DNA from: Chromera velia
Taxonomy: Eukaryota
Direction: 5' to 3'
Length of the DNA stretch: 58,862 nt
Assembly (NCBI GenBank): GCA_018398765.1
Contig: JAHBMJ010000072.1
Location: 1 to 58,862, forward strand
Shown here: positions 36,200-49,832 of the stretch, one piece after another
How positions within the stretch are numbered: the first letter of the stretch is position 1
How the letters are laid out: the number at the start of each line of letters is the position of its first letter
Made by a program: the position numbers and the translations under genes
The notes under the pieces: model-generated
What the model saw: only the letters and a program-made list of their open reading frames with translations
What the model was told of the DNA's origin: nothing
Databases searched by the model: none

Positions 36200-39100
36200 C
36201 TACATTTCTCTCTCTCGCCACATGTCCTCATCTCTCCCCCAACTTTGGTTCCTGCCGAACCCAACACCCAAGCTAAAGGCGAAGGACGCGTTCGAGCCCC
36301 CCCCTCGTGCACCCAGACCCCCCCCTCCTCCCACTGGAGAGGCCAGGGGAATCGGGGGAGATCCCACAGGAGGGAGATTACCACCCTGAAGCCTCGCACT
36401 GTGACACCCCATCTCCCCTCCGTCCTCACAAACCGACTCCAACCGCCCCCCTGCATTCAGAGGATACTGCTGTCTTTGCAGGTGTGTGGATGGCGTCGGG
36501 AACAACCCACGCTGGGGGTTCCAGATGCTTGGCGGCGGGTTAGGGCTCACACGAGGTCCCAGGTTCTGGTTGACACGAGGTGGCGGGGTGGGGAACAAAC
36601 CGGGCGGCGGCGCATGGTTCATCCCCATAGCGTTCATCCCGGGCGGCGAAGTCGGGTTCATGCGAGGCGGCGGGGCTTGGTGGATACTGGGGGGGGCGGA
36701 AAGCTTCATTCCGGGGCGGGGGCCTGAGTACAGACCGGGCGGTGGGGCTGGAGACAGACCGGGCGGTGGAGTGGTCGTGTACAGGTCCGGACTCGGGTTT
36801 GGAGGCTTTGTGAATCCCCCTCCCACCCCCGTGTGTGTCTGGTCCTTGTGCGTCTGCTGGACTCTGGTGAAGAACTCATATCCACTCACAGACCCCATCG
36901 TCCCCTGAAGTGCCCGACCGACGGTGCCTTCGTTGATGCCTAGAGCAAGGGCGCAACTCCGGAGGGAAGTGAACTCCCTCTCTGAGCCTGTGCAGACACA
37001 CTGGGCGACAATCACAGGGACCGGGTTGTGATCATCGAGCGTCCATATGGACTTCTCAAATCCCGGTGGAGGCATCACGGGAGATACTGGCAGGGGTTTC
37101 GGTGAGTGCTGCGGCTGCAGTCTGGGGGATTCGCGAAGAGGGGGGAAGCGGCACGGGACGTTGGCGTTGGAGGAAGAACGCTGGCTGTCGGGGGACAACA
37201 AGGTTGGGAACATAGGAAGGGGGTTGACGGGTTGTTCGGTGAGGGCCCCGAAAGGCCCTGCTCCAGGGGACCGGAATGAGGGGTCGGGATGTCGGGCTGG
37301 GCACAGAGCCGGGGGCTCTTTTGGGAGTGGGATCATATCTGTAGGGGACTGTGTGGGGGGCTGGGGGTTGTCCACGGGGATCGTCCAGTCGTTTCCACCG
37401 AAGGCTGAGAATGCAGCCTCGAGGGAAGCTCTGACTTCGGCTGTCTTCCTTCTCTCCTCAGCCTCTGCTTCTGCCCTCTCCCTCTCCCTCTGCTGTGCAT
37501 TCGAGAGAGAGTTGACTGCACGTCTGTCGACCTGATCTCTCTCTGCGTAGGGTGCGAGGGAGAGAAAGGAGACCTTCCGGGGAGGGGGGCGAGTCTCCTT
37601 CTCCTTCTCTGCTGGTGTGTTTGAGCTGAGGGAGGAGAAGGCAAGCGCGAGGGCGTTCTGCTGAGAGGTTGCCCCAGGAGACCTGAGGGGGGAGGCGGCA
37701 GGGGATATGGGGGAGGGAGGCGGTCCTCCCATGGAGGGGGTCATGGCGGGGGACAGCAGGGGGGGTTGGTGGTGTGTGCGAAGAGGAATGTTGTCGTTCT
37801 CCTCCTCGACCTTCTGGGAACCTGAGGACATGAGGTCCATGTGTCGCAGGGGCTCTGCAAAGGAAGAGATTGGAGAGTTCTGGGGAGCAGGGAAGCGCTC
37901 TTCCTTGTCGAACAAACTCTGGGTGAGTGACGGTTCGGATGGCTGTGGAATGCCAAAACGGATGGACACGCTCTCGCTCTCTTCCTTGTCCTCCTCCTTC
38001 TCCCTCTCCAAGTGGACTGACGTGCAGAGGTCTCCGTTCTCCTCCCGTTCTCCTCCCTCCTCCCGTGATCTCTAGATTCTGTTTCTCTGTTTGCGCTTCG
38101 GTGTTCGGGGAGGGGTTCTTTGCCTTCCAGAGGGTCTGGGAGGCTGCTTTGGGTCTGCAGAAGGCGAGGGGGGGAAAACTCGTGGAGGAAGTGGGACTAG
38201 GGGGAAGCGGCTCCTCATGGGCCGATGCGACACCTAGTTGAGGGCAGTAGGCACAGAGATGGGAGAGGAGACGTTTCTTTCCCGAGGCCAGAAGGTTCTT
38301 TCGGAGACGGGAGGCACTCTCAGGGGTCCATGGGGTGATCCCGCAGATCATTCGGAGTTTCTCTGCGAAGATCTTTTGGGAAAATTCGAGAGCACAGATG
38401 AGAATCAGTTGAGTCTCATCCACGACCAGATTCTCCTCGAGACCGTACAGTTTTGTGAACGAGGCGTGGGGTCCTACGAGGGACACTTTCTTCTTCAGAA
38501 CGACCCAACTCAACACCCCCACATTTCCTACCTCTGCTGCCCCCTTCAGCAACCTGTTTCGAACAGGACAAACGTACCCCTTGATCGACATTCCTGAAGA
38601 GGAAAAGAAACTCTCGAGCTCGGAGTCCCTCTTGGCCCATCGTCCGACTGCCTCCACAGCCAGTTTCTGCTTCTCTTTGTCATCCGCGAGGAGGCTGGAG
38701 ACGGTGAAAGGGGAAACCCCAAACTCAGACTCGAGACGGGCCCAGAGGGAAAGGCTCGGGGGAAGGAGGATCTTCGGTTGGGCCACCTGCACAGCCTCCC
38801 CTTTCGACTGCTGCTGCTGCTGCTGCTGCTGGGTCTGAGAGAAGGAAGTCGGTCTTTCAATTTCTTTCTTTGCCGAAGTCGCTTTACTATCCTTTGCCTC
38901 TGTCCCCCCCCCTTCTCCACTGCCCTCTTCCCCCTGTCCCTCCTTCTTGACCTTCCCCTTTCTCGGAGTGACACCAGTACAGAAACGTTTCGGAGACACA
39001 TACTCCAACTCATCCCCCTCCAACCAGCAGGTCGGATCGACAGTGCATCGACGGGCATGGGTGTCGATGGCTCGGTGCCAGGAACAGAGACCCGAGCCGA

Positions 39101-41384
39101 GCATCCACTCAACTATGGGCCTCTGCCCGTTCTCTGCAGCGATGCAGACTGCCATCTGCCCCAGAGTCATCTGCTCGAAGTTCTTCTCTGCAACACATCG
39201 GACCATCGTGGAAGCCTCAAGAGGCAGCGAGTCGGTCTCACACAGGTGTTGGAGGATCCACAACCGCCCAGTGCGGCAGATGGAAATCACCAGATGACGA
39301 CAGAAGTCCGAGACGAAGCCACGCCCCGTCTCCAGCTCCATTCCAGGCTGGCAAAGAAGCCTGCAGAATGGATGGATGGAGGTCGCATACCATGACAGAC
39401 CAGCACACACACAGATAGACGAACAGATGCCACGTTTTCTTTTTCCCTCTTCTTTTCATATTATCTGCATACAGACGGACATACTATATCGTCTTTTTCA
39501 TTCTCTTCTGTTTTTTTATGGCGCGCTCTCTCTGTGGAAGGGTACCCTAACTCCAGGCCTTGAGCGTATCTTGCGGCCCTTCCTTGCCCAGTGCGGGCTT
39601 ACGCTTTTGCAGACAGACAGACGGGCGGATAGACAGAGAGACTATATCGTCTTTTCTTCACTTCACCTTTTCCGAATCACGCAGACAGACAGACAGACAG
39701 ACAGACTATATGTTTCTTCTTCTCCCTCTTTTTCTTCGTGAACAGACAGACAGACAGACAAACAGAGAGACAGACAAACAGACAGACAGACAGACATCCA
39801 GACAGACAGATGGACAGAGAACAACGTGTAGACTCCCCCCCTCTCGTGTGACCTGACCGAACCACCCCGATGACTGACCACTGGAGGTCTGCAGGCCCTG
39901 CAATGGCACCGAACTCCATCGCCACTCGGAGAAGGGCTCTGGAGTCCCTCGCGGCTGCTGTCACCGCTTTTGATCTTGACAGAGCGAACCTGCTGGGCTT
40001 GGGTTTGCCATTCTGCACACAAGAAGAGCCAAAAAGGAAAGAAGATGAGACACGCGGGAGAGCGTTCTTGGAAACGAAAAAAGCGGATATCGTTGACCTG
40101 TCTTCATCCCTCTGCAGTTGCAGTAGGAGTGACACGAAGAAGGCAGCAAGGCAAAGGCCTCCGTTTGAATAGTCACTGCGTGTCTCGGATATGTCGGATC
40201 ACTTGAAAACATGAAGGGAGAAAGCGAGAAACAAGAACGAGAAGCGTCCGAGGAAACAAAAAAGACCCGCCCACCCCCACCCAGCAACCGGCTTACTTAC
40301 CTTCATTCCGACGACCCGCCACTCTCCCTCAGTACCCCTCGCTGAATTCCTCCCCTCTTCCTCATCACCGTCCCCTTCTTTCCCTTCCCCATCCTCTTCG
40401 TCTTCCTTCTCTCCTTCATATTCCTCTTCCCCCTCCTTGTCCACCACCTGCAGGATTCTGGCGGGACTGTGCAGGAGCAGTCTCGAGTGATCATCGAGCC
40501 ACGGGAGGCCCTCCTTCAGCTCCCTCTCGGAGAGACTGAAGAGAACCCCCGCAGCCCCCAAGGCCTCCAGAAACGCCACACTCTTTGCACGCGCAGCAAC
40601 GCACGCCAAGAAGGCGCCCGGAGACATGCGTGACATCACAGAGGTCATGGCATGTCCGTCGAGGTCCGTTCCCTCAGGGAGGCAAAGGGACCCCATCGTC
40701 ATGTCTGTCAGTGAGAAAGATCTCTCACACATTCCCCCCCACCCCTCGCACTCCTCACGAACCCACTCCACCGCCACAGGGTTATCCACCTCCGCACCCC
40801 CCCAGAGGATCTGGAAGGGTACAACTACTGCACACCACACACCCGAAGACCCCCCAGCCTCAGCAGGGGAATCAGAGTCCTCTTCTGTCAGTAGGCCTGC
40901 AAATCGCAGGAACTCCCCAATCTCCCCCTTCAATGACGCCCTCGCACCCACCCCCCTGAGGATCGCATCGAGCATTCCGGGGCGGTCCCCTTCCTTCACA
41001 CATGACTGCAGAAGGCCAACATCTGCAGGAGAGACTGAAAGCGAGTGACAGACCCGCAGACGGTCATCGAAGTTCAATCTTCTTCTGAAGATCGTCAGCC
41101 AATCGAGATCGTCTGCTGCTGCCACCCTGCCCAACTCCCCCACCAGACGGGACCACTCAGACGAGGACAGATACTCCATTTCATCCCCCCCCTCCATACG
41201 CTCAGACCGGTGCAATTCCCCTCCTCCCCCCATATGCACAGACTGAAGCTTCTCTTTTGCCCAGTCGGACAAACGGGCCCAGCAGGACAGAGACGTCTCA
41301 GGACAGTCGGATGTCACAGACGAAGCAGGAGAGAAGTAGGGGGCCGGACCCCGGGACTCGATGCTCACAAATCCCTGCAGGCAC

Positions 41385-41422
<38 letters not shown>

Positions 41423-44400
41423 GGAGAGGGAGGGGGTGGGAAACGTGGGGGGGAGAAGGCCTTCGCAGCCAGCAATTTGCGTCATGCCACCGCACTGGTG
41501 GGGTCCTCTTTCTTCCCACAAGCAGAAGTTTTCCAATTCCATGTGTCTTCCTTTGTCTTTTACTCTTCCCTCCCCAGGTTCAAGTTCCTCTGAACAGTCC
41601 CCACCCACTCATGCACACACCTACCCTCCCTTTCCCCTAAAACACCCCCCTTGCCACGACCCACCCACCTCGGCGCGGTCCTCGAGCCACTCCTCCTTCC
41701 TGCGTCCCACTGCCTCCATGAATCCCTTCACCCAGCTGCAGGACTTCCTTCGAAGGACGACAATCTGAGTGTCTGCATTGAAGGGAAGAAGGAATGGACA
41801 GGCAGATGCAGAGATACTCATGACATTCTGAGTGTCTGCAGGAGGACAGACAGAGAAACTCGGAGACGGGAGGAGAACAGGAGCACAGAATGGAGAAGGG
41901 ATAACTGTCGGAAGACGTCCACGGGGAAGTGTTTCCTCATTGATGACTGCATCTGACCAGAAGTGAATGACGAAACTGACTAGATCTCGGAGAGAACACC
42001 CCCATGAAGCCAGATACAGACAGAGGAAGGAGGACAAGAGCAAAGGAAGAGGGAGAGAGTCCAACCTGGAGGGACTACCAGAGGGTCCATCAGTTCGGTA
42101 TCTGAGAGGAATTCGTCTGCATTGACGCACGCAGAGGGCGGGGAAAGGGAGAGGGGGATTAGATGCGGGCACGCTGACCAGCGGTAAGAAGGACCACGCG
42201 AAGAGTCAGGCTCCAAAGGAGGACCGCAAAGAAGAGACGGAAAATTCAGCAAGCTTTAAGGGTTGTGTGTGAGACGGAGTTTAGAAAAGGAGTATTGCAG
42301 AAGAGGGGACGCCACGAGAAGAGGCGCACAACTGATCGAGACAGAGACAAGGAAAGAGGAAGGTACCTTTGAGATGAGCTGTCTGTCACTCGAGAGAAAA
42401 ATCAGTATCATTCTCGCTGACTAACTGATCACCTTCCTGACACACTCTCCCTCACTGACTGACAGTCAAGCACAAGGATGGCAATTCTGTGTCTCCTCGC
42501 CATATTCGGGTTCTTGTTCTGTGTTGTCCCCTCTTGGCCACCTCCCCCCGTGCCAGGCCGCAGCACCACAAACGCCTCCCTGGGACACGACTCGAGGGCC
42601 GCAATCGGCCACCCGCACCTCACTCCCCCCTGCTGGAGGGCCCCACGGACCCCGGCATCGAACGCCGCCTCCAGGCAACTTCGGAGCGCCGCAGCCCGAC
42701 GGAACCCCTTCGTGACGATGGAACAGAATGCAGATTTCTCTGCAATTGCTTGATCGAGTTTGGACAGACCCGGTCGGAGTGGAGGAAAGACTGTGGTCAC
42801 AGGCAGCACTTTCTTCTGTTTGGAGAGGAACTTGGGGGGTGTGGGAGGCTCTGGAGCCGTCCCGTCGAGGAGCTTCTGCAGCACCAGGGAGGCCACGAGG
42901 TGGGCAGAGGGTCGGGCGTCGCAGCTGATGAAGAGAACGTCCCTTCCGGCCACGACAGCAGAGAGGAGGGAAGCCTCATCTGCAGCACAGGAGGGAAGGA
43001 AGAGAGGGGAGAGGAGAGATGCGGAAGGCAAATCAGAGAAGAACAGATGAAGAAAACCGAAGAGAAGGGATTGTGACAGCACTTCCAGGTGGCAAAAACG
43101 CAACCACGAGCAAAAAGGGTACCCCTTCAGTATCCCCACATGTCAAGAGAGCCGGCACGATACTTTTCTAATCAGGCAGGACAAAAGGGAAGAAAAAGAG
43201 TCCATGCTGGGTAGATCCGAAGACAACAGATATAAGAATTGAAGGTGCCACACCACTACGAAACGAAACCGATCAGAGAGAACTTTGCTTTGGTTGATTG
43301 ATTCGTGCCCCCTTCCACCCCCCTCCTACCTGCGGATGGGGGGAACGGCATCACTGAGGACTCCCTCAGGGCTTTGACCAGGGAGGGCGCGAAGAAGTTC
43401 AGCGTCTCTGCACTGTCCCTCCCCCCCGCATAAGCTCTCTGGCAGTTCTCGGCCTCGCCCGCTTCCTCGATCTGCATGCAGGCGATCAAACGCATAGACA
43501 AATGGATGCCCGTTTGAGAGTCACAAAGTCCGTTGGGCAGAAAACATTCTTGCATTCTTTTCGCAGCTTTTTGAGCATGATTTGGATGCAACACAGCTGC
43601 ATCGCTTTCTTTCTGCTGAGGACGAGTCGCATCGATCAGTGGTGAAAAAAAAGGAAAGAGACCATTCCGCCACTCAAAACAAAACAGGACAGGGAGGAAT
43701 CAGAGAGGCGCATCAAGGAGAAGCCGAACAATCGTGAAAGGACACCGCCTTCTTCTCGTGAAGATCTGAGGAACACACAGACAGACAGACTATATGTTTC
43801 TTCTTCTTCTCCCTCCTTTTCTTCATGAACAGACAGACAGACAGACAGACAGGCAGGCAGACAGACAGGCAGACAGACAGACAGACAGACGAACAGACAG
43901 ACAGACAGACTATATCGTCCTTTCTTTTCTTTTCACTTCCTTTTGTTTCGAAGACAGGCAGGCAGGCAGGCAGGCAGACAGATAGGCAGACAGGCAGGCA
44001 GGAAGACATACAGACTGACAGGAGGGGTGAGAGACCGGAGGCTCCTGCTGAGCGACGGAGACGACGAACGAAGAGAACCGAAAGAGAAGGGGAAAGAGCT
44101 TCTGTTCATAGTAGAGGCGGAACATTCAGGCAAGGGCACCACACCCCCGCCTGTCTTCACATGCCACTGCTCTCTGTCTCTCTCTCTGTCTCTGTCGCCC
44201 TCTTTGTCGTTCCCCATTCCCGACCCCGACCCCCATCCCGCCTTTGTTGAGAGGGACGCGACATCGTCCAGACGGGACATCCCTCCCTCCCCCTTCACTG
44301 CCGTACTTGCCCTTTCTTTACCCTTTCCTTCTCCCTCCTTCTCTGTCGCGGTCACTCGAAGAAACGCTTTGAGGAATTTTGCAGACAGGGGGCTCTGCAC

Positions 44401-46028
44401 TGCCTCTGCTACCTCGAGAAGAACTGACACACCATCACGCCAGGAGGACACAGACAGGTCCCCCGACTTTTTGGTCCCGGAAAGCGAAAATGAGAAAGAA
44501 GAATGCATACGGGAGACGCAAGAGACAACGACAGGAAGATGGTCACTAGAGATGGCACCCATGAGGGTCCCCTCCAGTCGTGCACTCGCGATGTTTCTCT
44601 TCTTGTCGTTGTCTCTGTCCTTCTCCTTCATGCTGATCTTCTCCTCGGACTCGACGGAGGAGGAAAGTGAGACGTTCATCTGCAGCCCCGCCCTCTCCTG
44701 AAGCCATCTGAGGCAGGAGAGCGCACAGCGGCTTCTTTCGGTGTTGTACTTATCGTTGTTGATGCCGTCTCTCTTCGTGTTCAAGTTCAAGTTGGTGCCG
44801 AAACCCCGACTCTTCTCCTTGTCCTTCGGCTTTTCGACCACCGAGGACGGCTCGTTCTCTGCCCTGGTCGATGCTGACCCCGTCATACCCTGACCCTTCG
44901 TACCGTCTCCACCTTGAAGCAGAGAGGGAGATGAGAGGACAAGGGGACAGGGGGGACGCGAGGCGGCCTGGAAGAAAAGACGGCGTTGGTCATCCAGGGG
45001 CAGGTCTCGGAGAGTCGTGATGATCTCGGAGATGTCCGGGTCGGCATCAGTGGAAGCCTCGAGGGTTTCCTTCTGTGGGGGGTGTTGGGGGCCTCCTCGA
45101 TGCAGGTCGGTGAAGGAGAGGAGAGCGGAGAGGACGAAGGAGCGAATACAGACAGTGCAACAGGGTGTGGTTCCTCCTTTGTTGTCCTTGTCGGCATCCG
45201 CGTCTCCGCACCCGTGTGTCTGGGGCAGTTTGAACAGATCACCGTCTGTCTGGAGACTCCCCACGGACTTGAGACGGGTAGCGAAGGTGCGGAGGTCATG
45301 GGCTCGAATCTGCACGCAGAGGTGGGAAGGGAAGGGGAGAGAGAGGGAAGGGGAGGTCGACTCAGTAGAGCACAAAGAGAACAACGTCTTGTGTGCAGAA
45401 GGACAGAGCAAAACCTTTGCCGAGCCGAACTATCTGCAACCTCTGTTTCCGTCTCCTTCGAACTTTCTCTCTCGGTTATGTTGCAAGGGCACTTCCCTCT
45501 TCTTCACCCAGAAGCCTCCTGTGTCCTCCCCTTCCTGAAAGAGAAAAGGGTCTGCTGACCTCTGAAGCCACCGTATCGGTGCCGAAGAGGGTCCCGTTTA
45601 CCGCAGCCTGGGTGTACTGGGAGTGGGAGGGAAGGCTTTCTGGATTTCTGTCGGAGAAGGTCTTGTCGTCTCCTCCTGTCGGACCAGATTCCTGGTGGTT
45701 CCTGCAGCGCGCCAGCATTCTCGCTGCCTGCAAAGAGAGGAGCAAGAGGCAAGGCGATTGAGGAGAAAGCAGGAGAGAGGGGACATCAGCGCGAAAAGAG
45801 GAAGAGACAGGAGTGGATTGACTGAAACAACAGAGGGAGGAACGGGGGCACAAAGAAGTATCCGCAAAAGTCCCGTCCTTCTTCGATAGAGACGGGTACC
45901 AAAAATTCCCAAAAATTCACAGAAGGCTCTCATCAGCAGAGAAGGACACTTAGGCGTGGCCGAAGGTGCTGACTGACAAGTTTTCTAGAAGCTTCGCTTG
46001 GCTGCGAGAAGAACTTTTGGTCCTCCAT
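36200..46028 (-). CDS. Large multi-exon gene of unknown function: degenerate ankyrin-like helical segments, C-terminal NUMOD1-like HTH and PPPG-rich tail; exon structure only partly resolved and it may be more than one gene
   Basis: Long minus-strand ORFs 43933-45309, 42429-42990, 40290-41380, 38000-39390 and 36200-38070 are separated by microsatellite-rich introns; candidate first exon MEDQKFFSQPSEASRKL (46028-45978, gtcagt donor); ankyrin-like CIAAENGQRPIVEWML and KGAAEVGNVGVLSWVV. Confidence 0.6.
39610..39815 (+). repeat. Intronic (GACA)n composite repeat
   Basis: (GACA)n blocks separated by spacers also found at 43775-44015. Confidence 0.85.
43775..44015 (+). repeat. Intronic (GACA)n/(GGCA)n composite repeat
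   Basis: Shares gactatatgtttcttcttc..ttcttcrtgaacagac and gactatatcgtc spacers with 39610-39815. Confidence 0.85.
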
Positions 46029-46885
46029 CGTCTGCTCGGTTTTGAGATGGCTTGATCAAAAGCAGACAAATCAAGGACTTAATTATTTACGTGCAAACAA
46101 GGAGAAGAGCTCTAGGACCTGAAGAGCTCTGCGGGTTTCCTTTCCGTCTCAAGAAAGGGCTCCACGAGGAGCTGCTGTGCTGAGTCTCGCAGCACCTGCC
46201 CTTCTGAACTCGATGAGTTTGGATAGCAGTTCTGTCTTACGGAGAATCAGGACATGAGGTAAAAACAAAAAGATGACCCTTTACATCTCATCTCTTTACC
46301 TGGGAACGGACTCACGACCTGCTTTTCTATTTTTGTCAGCCATAGCTCTGCGCCAGTTCCACTCACTGCTGATCATTGTTGATCGGAGATGATCGGAGTG
46401 GCCAAAAAGGTGAGGGAATGGTGAGGGATTTTTGGCGATGCACGGCGGAAATCGTGCCGGAGCGCGCAGCTTTAATTTTTTGTCATTTTTTGTCAGTCTG
46501 AGCCATCCGAGGCACTCAAACGCATTCAGCTGTATAGGCCGGGGTCCAACCACGTACGGATGCCGCCGCCCAACCCGGCCGCCGGGGGGCGCTAGGCATG
46601 CATGTCTGAGTGCAATATCCATGCAAGACATCATTGCAAGACCGGCGTTGAGTCCATTATCTCTTGAAGACTTCAGCGCCACAGGAGCATCGGAGAAGAG
46701 TTGCAAGCCCAGGAAGGAGCATTAGGAGGCCGCTACTTCTTTTACCGACTTTATTCATGGAAACTCGAGCCTGACGTTGAATGCTCGCCGGTGGTGTACA
46801 TGCAACTCAGCTGCCGTCTCCTCCCGTCTCTGCATGTGCAGAAATCCCTGATTGTATATATACAGTTGGCCCACCCCGCTTGCCG

Positions 46886-48325
46886 ATGATGATCCACGAC
46901 AGCTCAACGCAGCCAGATGCTGCTGGAGACACAGAGACGGGGGATTATGCCCTTCTTGTGCCCGAGGCAGATGCAAGCGAACGGAGAGGAGGGTTTTGTG
47001 GAGGCTGTCCAAGGAAATGGCACAGCACATGCTTTGGTTTGTCTCTTGGGACCGTGCTGCTTGGTCTGACATCCCTGGTCCGTCTACGCTCTGCATGCGC
47101 AATCAACAAAGTGCATATGGATTCCCTGCGTGCAGACCCAGTCTCAAAATGCATGCAGCTAGACATCGTCCTAAGGATGCGCGTCTCCAATTAGGTTCAG
47201 AGAATGGCCTCAGGCAGGCATCAGTGCTTTTTACGGTGAGGCTCCCTCCTTCTCGTCACCATGCAAGGGCGGTGTTTTTTCAACCTTATTCAGACCCTGT
47301 CTCTCTTTCTCCCCCTGCATGCAGCTGAATTACTGGGACCTCTACCTTGACCCCCAGCACCCGCGTCTCCATCTTCCTCCAGCTCTCCTCTTTGGAGGCA
47401 CCGCCGCGTTTCTGGGTCTTTACCTTCTCGAGGCCCTCTTCTGCTCCTCAACCAGCCGCTGTCTCTGGCGCCTGAGGGCCTCTGACTCTCTCGCGGGCAC
47501 AGTCGCGCGTCTCCAGGCTCTGCCTCCCCAAGTTCTCCTGCAAGTGCGGGAATTCAAAATGAACACGAAGACACTCCGCACAGGACACCCTCCAAGAGAC
47601 CAACGCATCACAGTGCCGGAAGAGACACATGCGGAAGCGGCCGAATTCAAGTGAGAACTCACTTGCTTTTCGTCCAGAATTGCCCAGAACTGGAAACTGC
47701 ATTCTTGCCTCGAGCCTGACATTCTGTATCTCGCACGCCCTCGCGTGAGGTTTCGCTCTGTGCCTTCTCCCATTTGACAAACGCCCCACTTCCTCGTGTC
47801 CGTCAAATGGGCCCACGTAGAAAAGAATGGGTGCATGGGTCGGCCTCTGGATCCCGCCTCCCCAGATTGGCCCCCCATGCACCGCACTGTGATCATCGGG
47901 GAGAAAACCGAGACGTGTTTGTTGCTGTGACTGCGTGCAGATATCGCAGATGGCAGGACGCCAGCCATCCGCCCGACCCAGAGTCCCTCGGAGGAGTCTT
48001 GGCTCACGTGGAAGTGACAGTCACTGTTTTGTTTCAAGACGAGGAGACGAGGGATAGGTCAGTCGGTCTCCAAAGAGTCCTCTGACGTTCTCCGGAAAGG
48101 ATTGTGACGGCCAGAAAGGAACAGAATGCCAGTTTGATCTAGTGTTTGAACCCGAAATGAGGACACGAGGGAGAGCCGCAAGAGACTTCAGGATCGATTG
48201 GCCGACTTTGGGGGGGGGACTAATTGCCTCTGCTGATTTTCTTTTTTCAGCTGTCTTCTTGCATTCTCCTTCTGGTTCCTTTCTGTCCTCCCTCTGCCCC
48301 GTTTCCCTTGTTCCTTTTTCTTTTC

Positions 48326-48374
<49 letters not shown>

Positions 48375-49345
48375 CGTGTGCCCTTCCGTGCCGCTGTCTT
48401 GGACACTTTGCCAGTTTTTGACTCGGGGAGAGGTTTTCGATCGACACGTGAAAACGCGTGCACTTCTTGTTTTCTGTTGCCGTTTTTGGATTTCTGCTGG
48501 TCTTTCTTTCATCGTCCCTCTCCAGACTCGAGAGAGACATTCACGCTCTCCGGAAGAAGGCACGGAAGACGAAGGATTCACTTCAAGGTCAGGCAGACAG
48601 GCAGGCATTCAATTTGCGCAATCAACTACTCCTTGGTCGTTGAGCAACAGAGTGACAGGGCCGCGAGCGTCAGAGTGACCCCAGTCTTCCCAGTCTGTCT
48701 GTGGGGAAGTCAGGCCGTTCGTAGTTTTCGCTTTGCAGCAATGCATCTGTTTTTTCTGCGCTACGTCAGCCTGTGAATACAGGAACGAGTCTCTCACTGC
48801 AGCTCGTCATTTGTGGGGAGGCAGGTCCATGAGTAGCCTGCCAATGCGTGGAGAGAAATTCGAAATGCCAATCTGCAGTTTCCTTCAATGGGCAGTCAAT
48901 CACCATGCAGGTATTCTGTCTTACTGTGTGCAAGCCTGAAGGCTGTATTTTTGTGCTCAATGATTGCGCACGTTCTGTGGCCTGTCTGCCCTCAGATTTT
49001 CGTGTCGTATGCGGTCTCAAAGATGCCGCCGGGCTCGTCAGCAGGAGTGTGGATGGTCGAGAGAGAAGGCGGCGAGATTCCTCGGAGTCTTCTTTTTCGC
49101 TGCTCTGTTTCACAGGAGGACACGAAAAGCCCTGGTGGCTCCACTTCTGGGCGTACGTTTTCTTGAGTCTCCTCCTTCTCTCCTGGCCCTACAGAGTTGC
49201 GGTTGAATTTGGGACGCGGAGGTCTCACGTGAGTGTCTGCAAGACAGTATCAGTCCTCGTTCAGGGGGCAGAAAGGGGGGGGGCCTTCGCAAAACAGGGT
49301 GCTAGACAGGGTGCAGACGAGAGTCCGATACCGCCAGGCCCGTGA
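46886..49345 (+). CDS. TMEM151-family membrane protein, multi-exon (approx. 46886-47077, 47325-47650, 47941-48057, 48525-48587, ~49000-49345)
   Basis: LGLYLLEALFCSST..LARLQALPPQV, F..WQDAS and the C-terminal KPWWLHFWAYVFLSLLLLSWPYRV..T..V.V.K resemble TMEM151 conserved blocks (recognised from memory, not searched). Confidence 0.7.
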
Positions 49346-49795
49346 GTTAAGGAGCCACAATGCTGCTAGATCTGCATTTTAATAATCGGATTCATATCTT
49401 GGATCTAGTCTTGGATGATAAATCTGATTGTCGTATTTGAATATTATAACATCCCTTAGTACAAACCATGCCAAAGATATGGTCAAGTTGAGCTAGCAAG
49501 TTGAGTCAATTGAAGTTGAAATAGTTCTCAGGCAGCGTCAGGCTATCCCAGATTCCGAAACATACAGCTTACTGCAACTAAAATAGTTTATGGTTGAATT
49601 ATATATGTAACTATGTACAATATAAAATATCTACGCTCCGCACTACATTAAAAAAAAAAAAAAAAGAAGAGAAAAAGTTTTTTTTTATAGATTTTTTTTC
49701 TATTTGTCATAGTATTCAATATGCAAACAACTGTTGTTCAAGTGTTGTAAGAGTGTTGCACGGGGTGTTGCATTGAAAACCATATACTTTTCAGT

Positions 49796-49796
<1 letters not shown>

Positions 49797-49828
<32 letters not shown>
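49797..49828. repeat. (TA)n microsatellite
   Basis: Seen directly. Confidence 0.9.
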
Positions 49829-49832
<4 letters not shown>

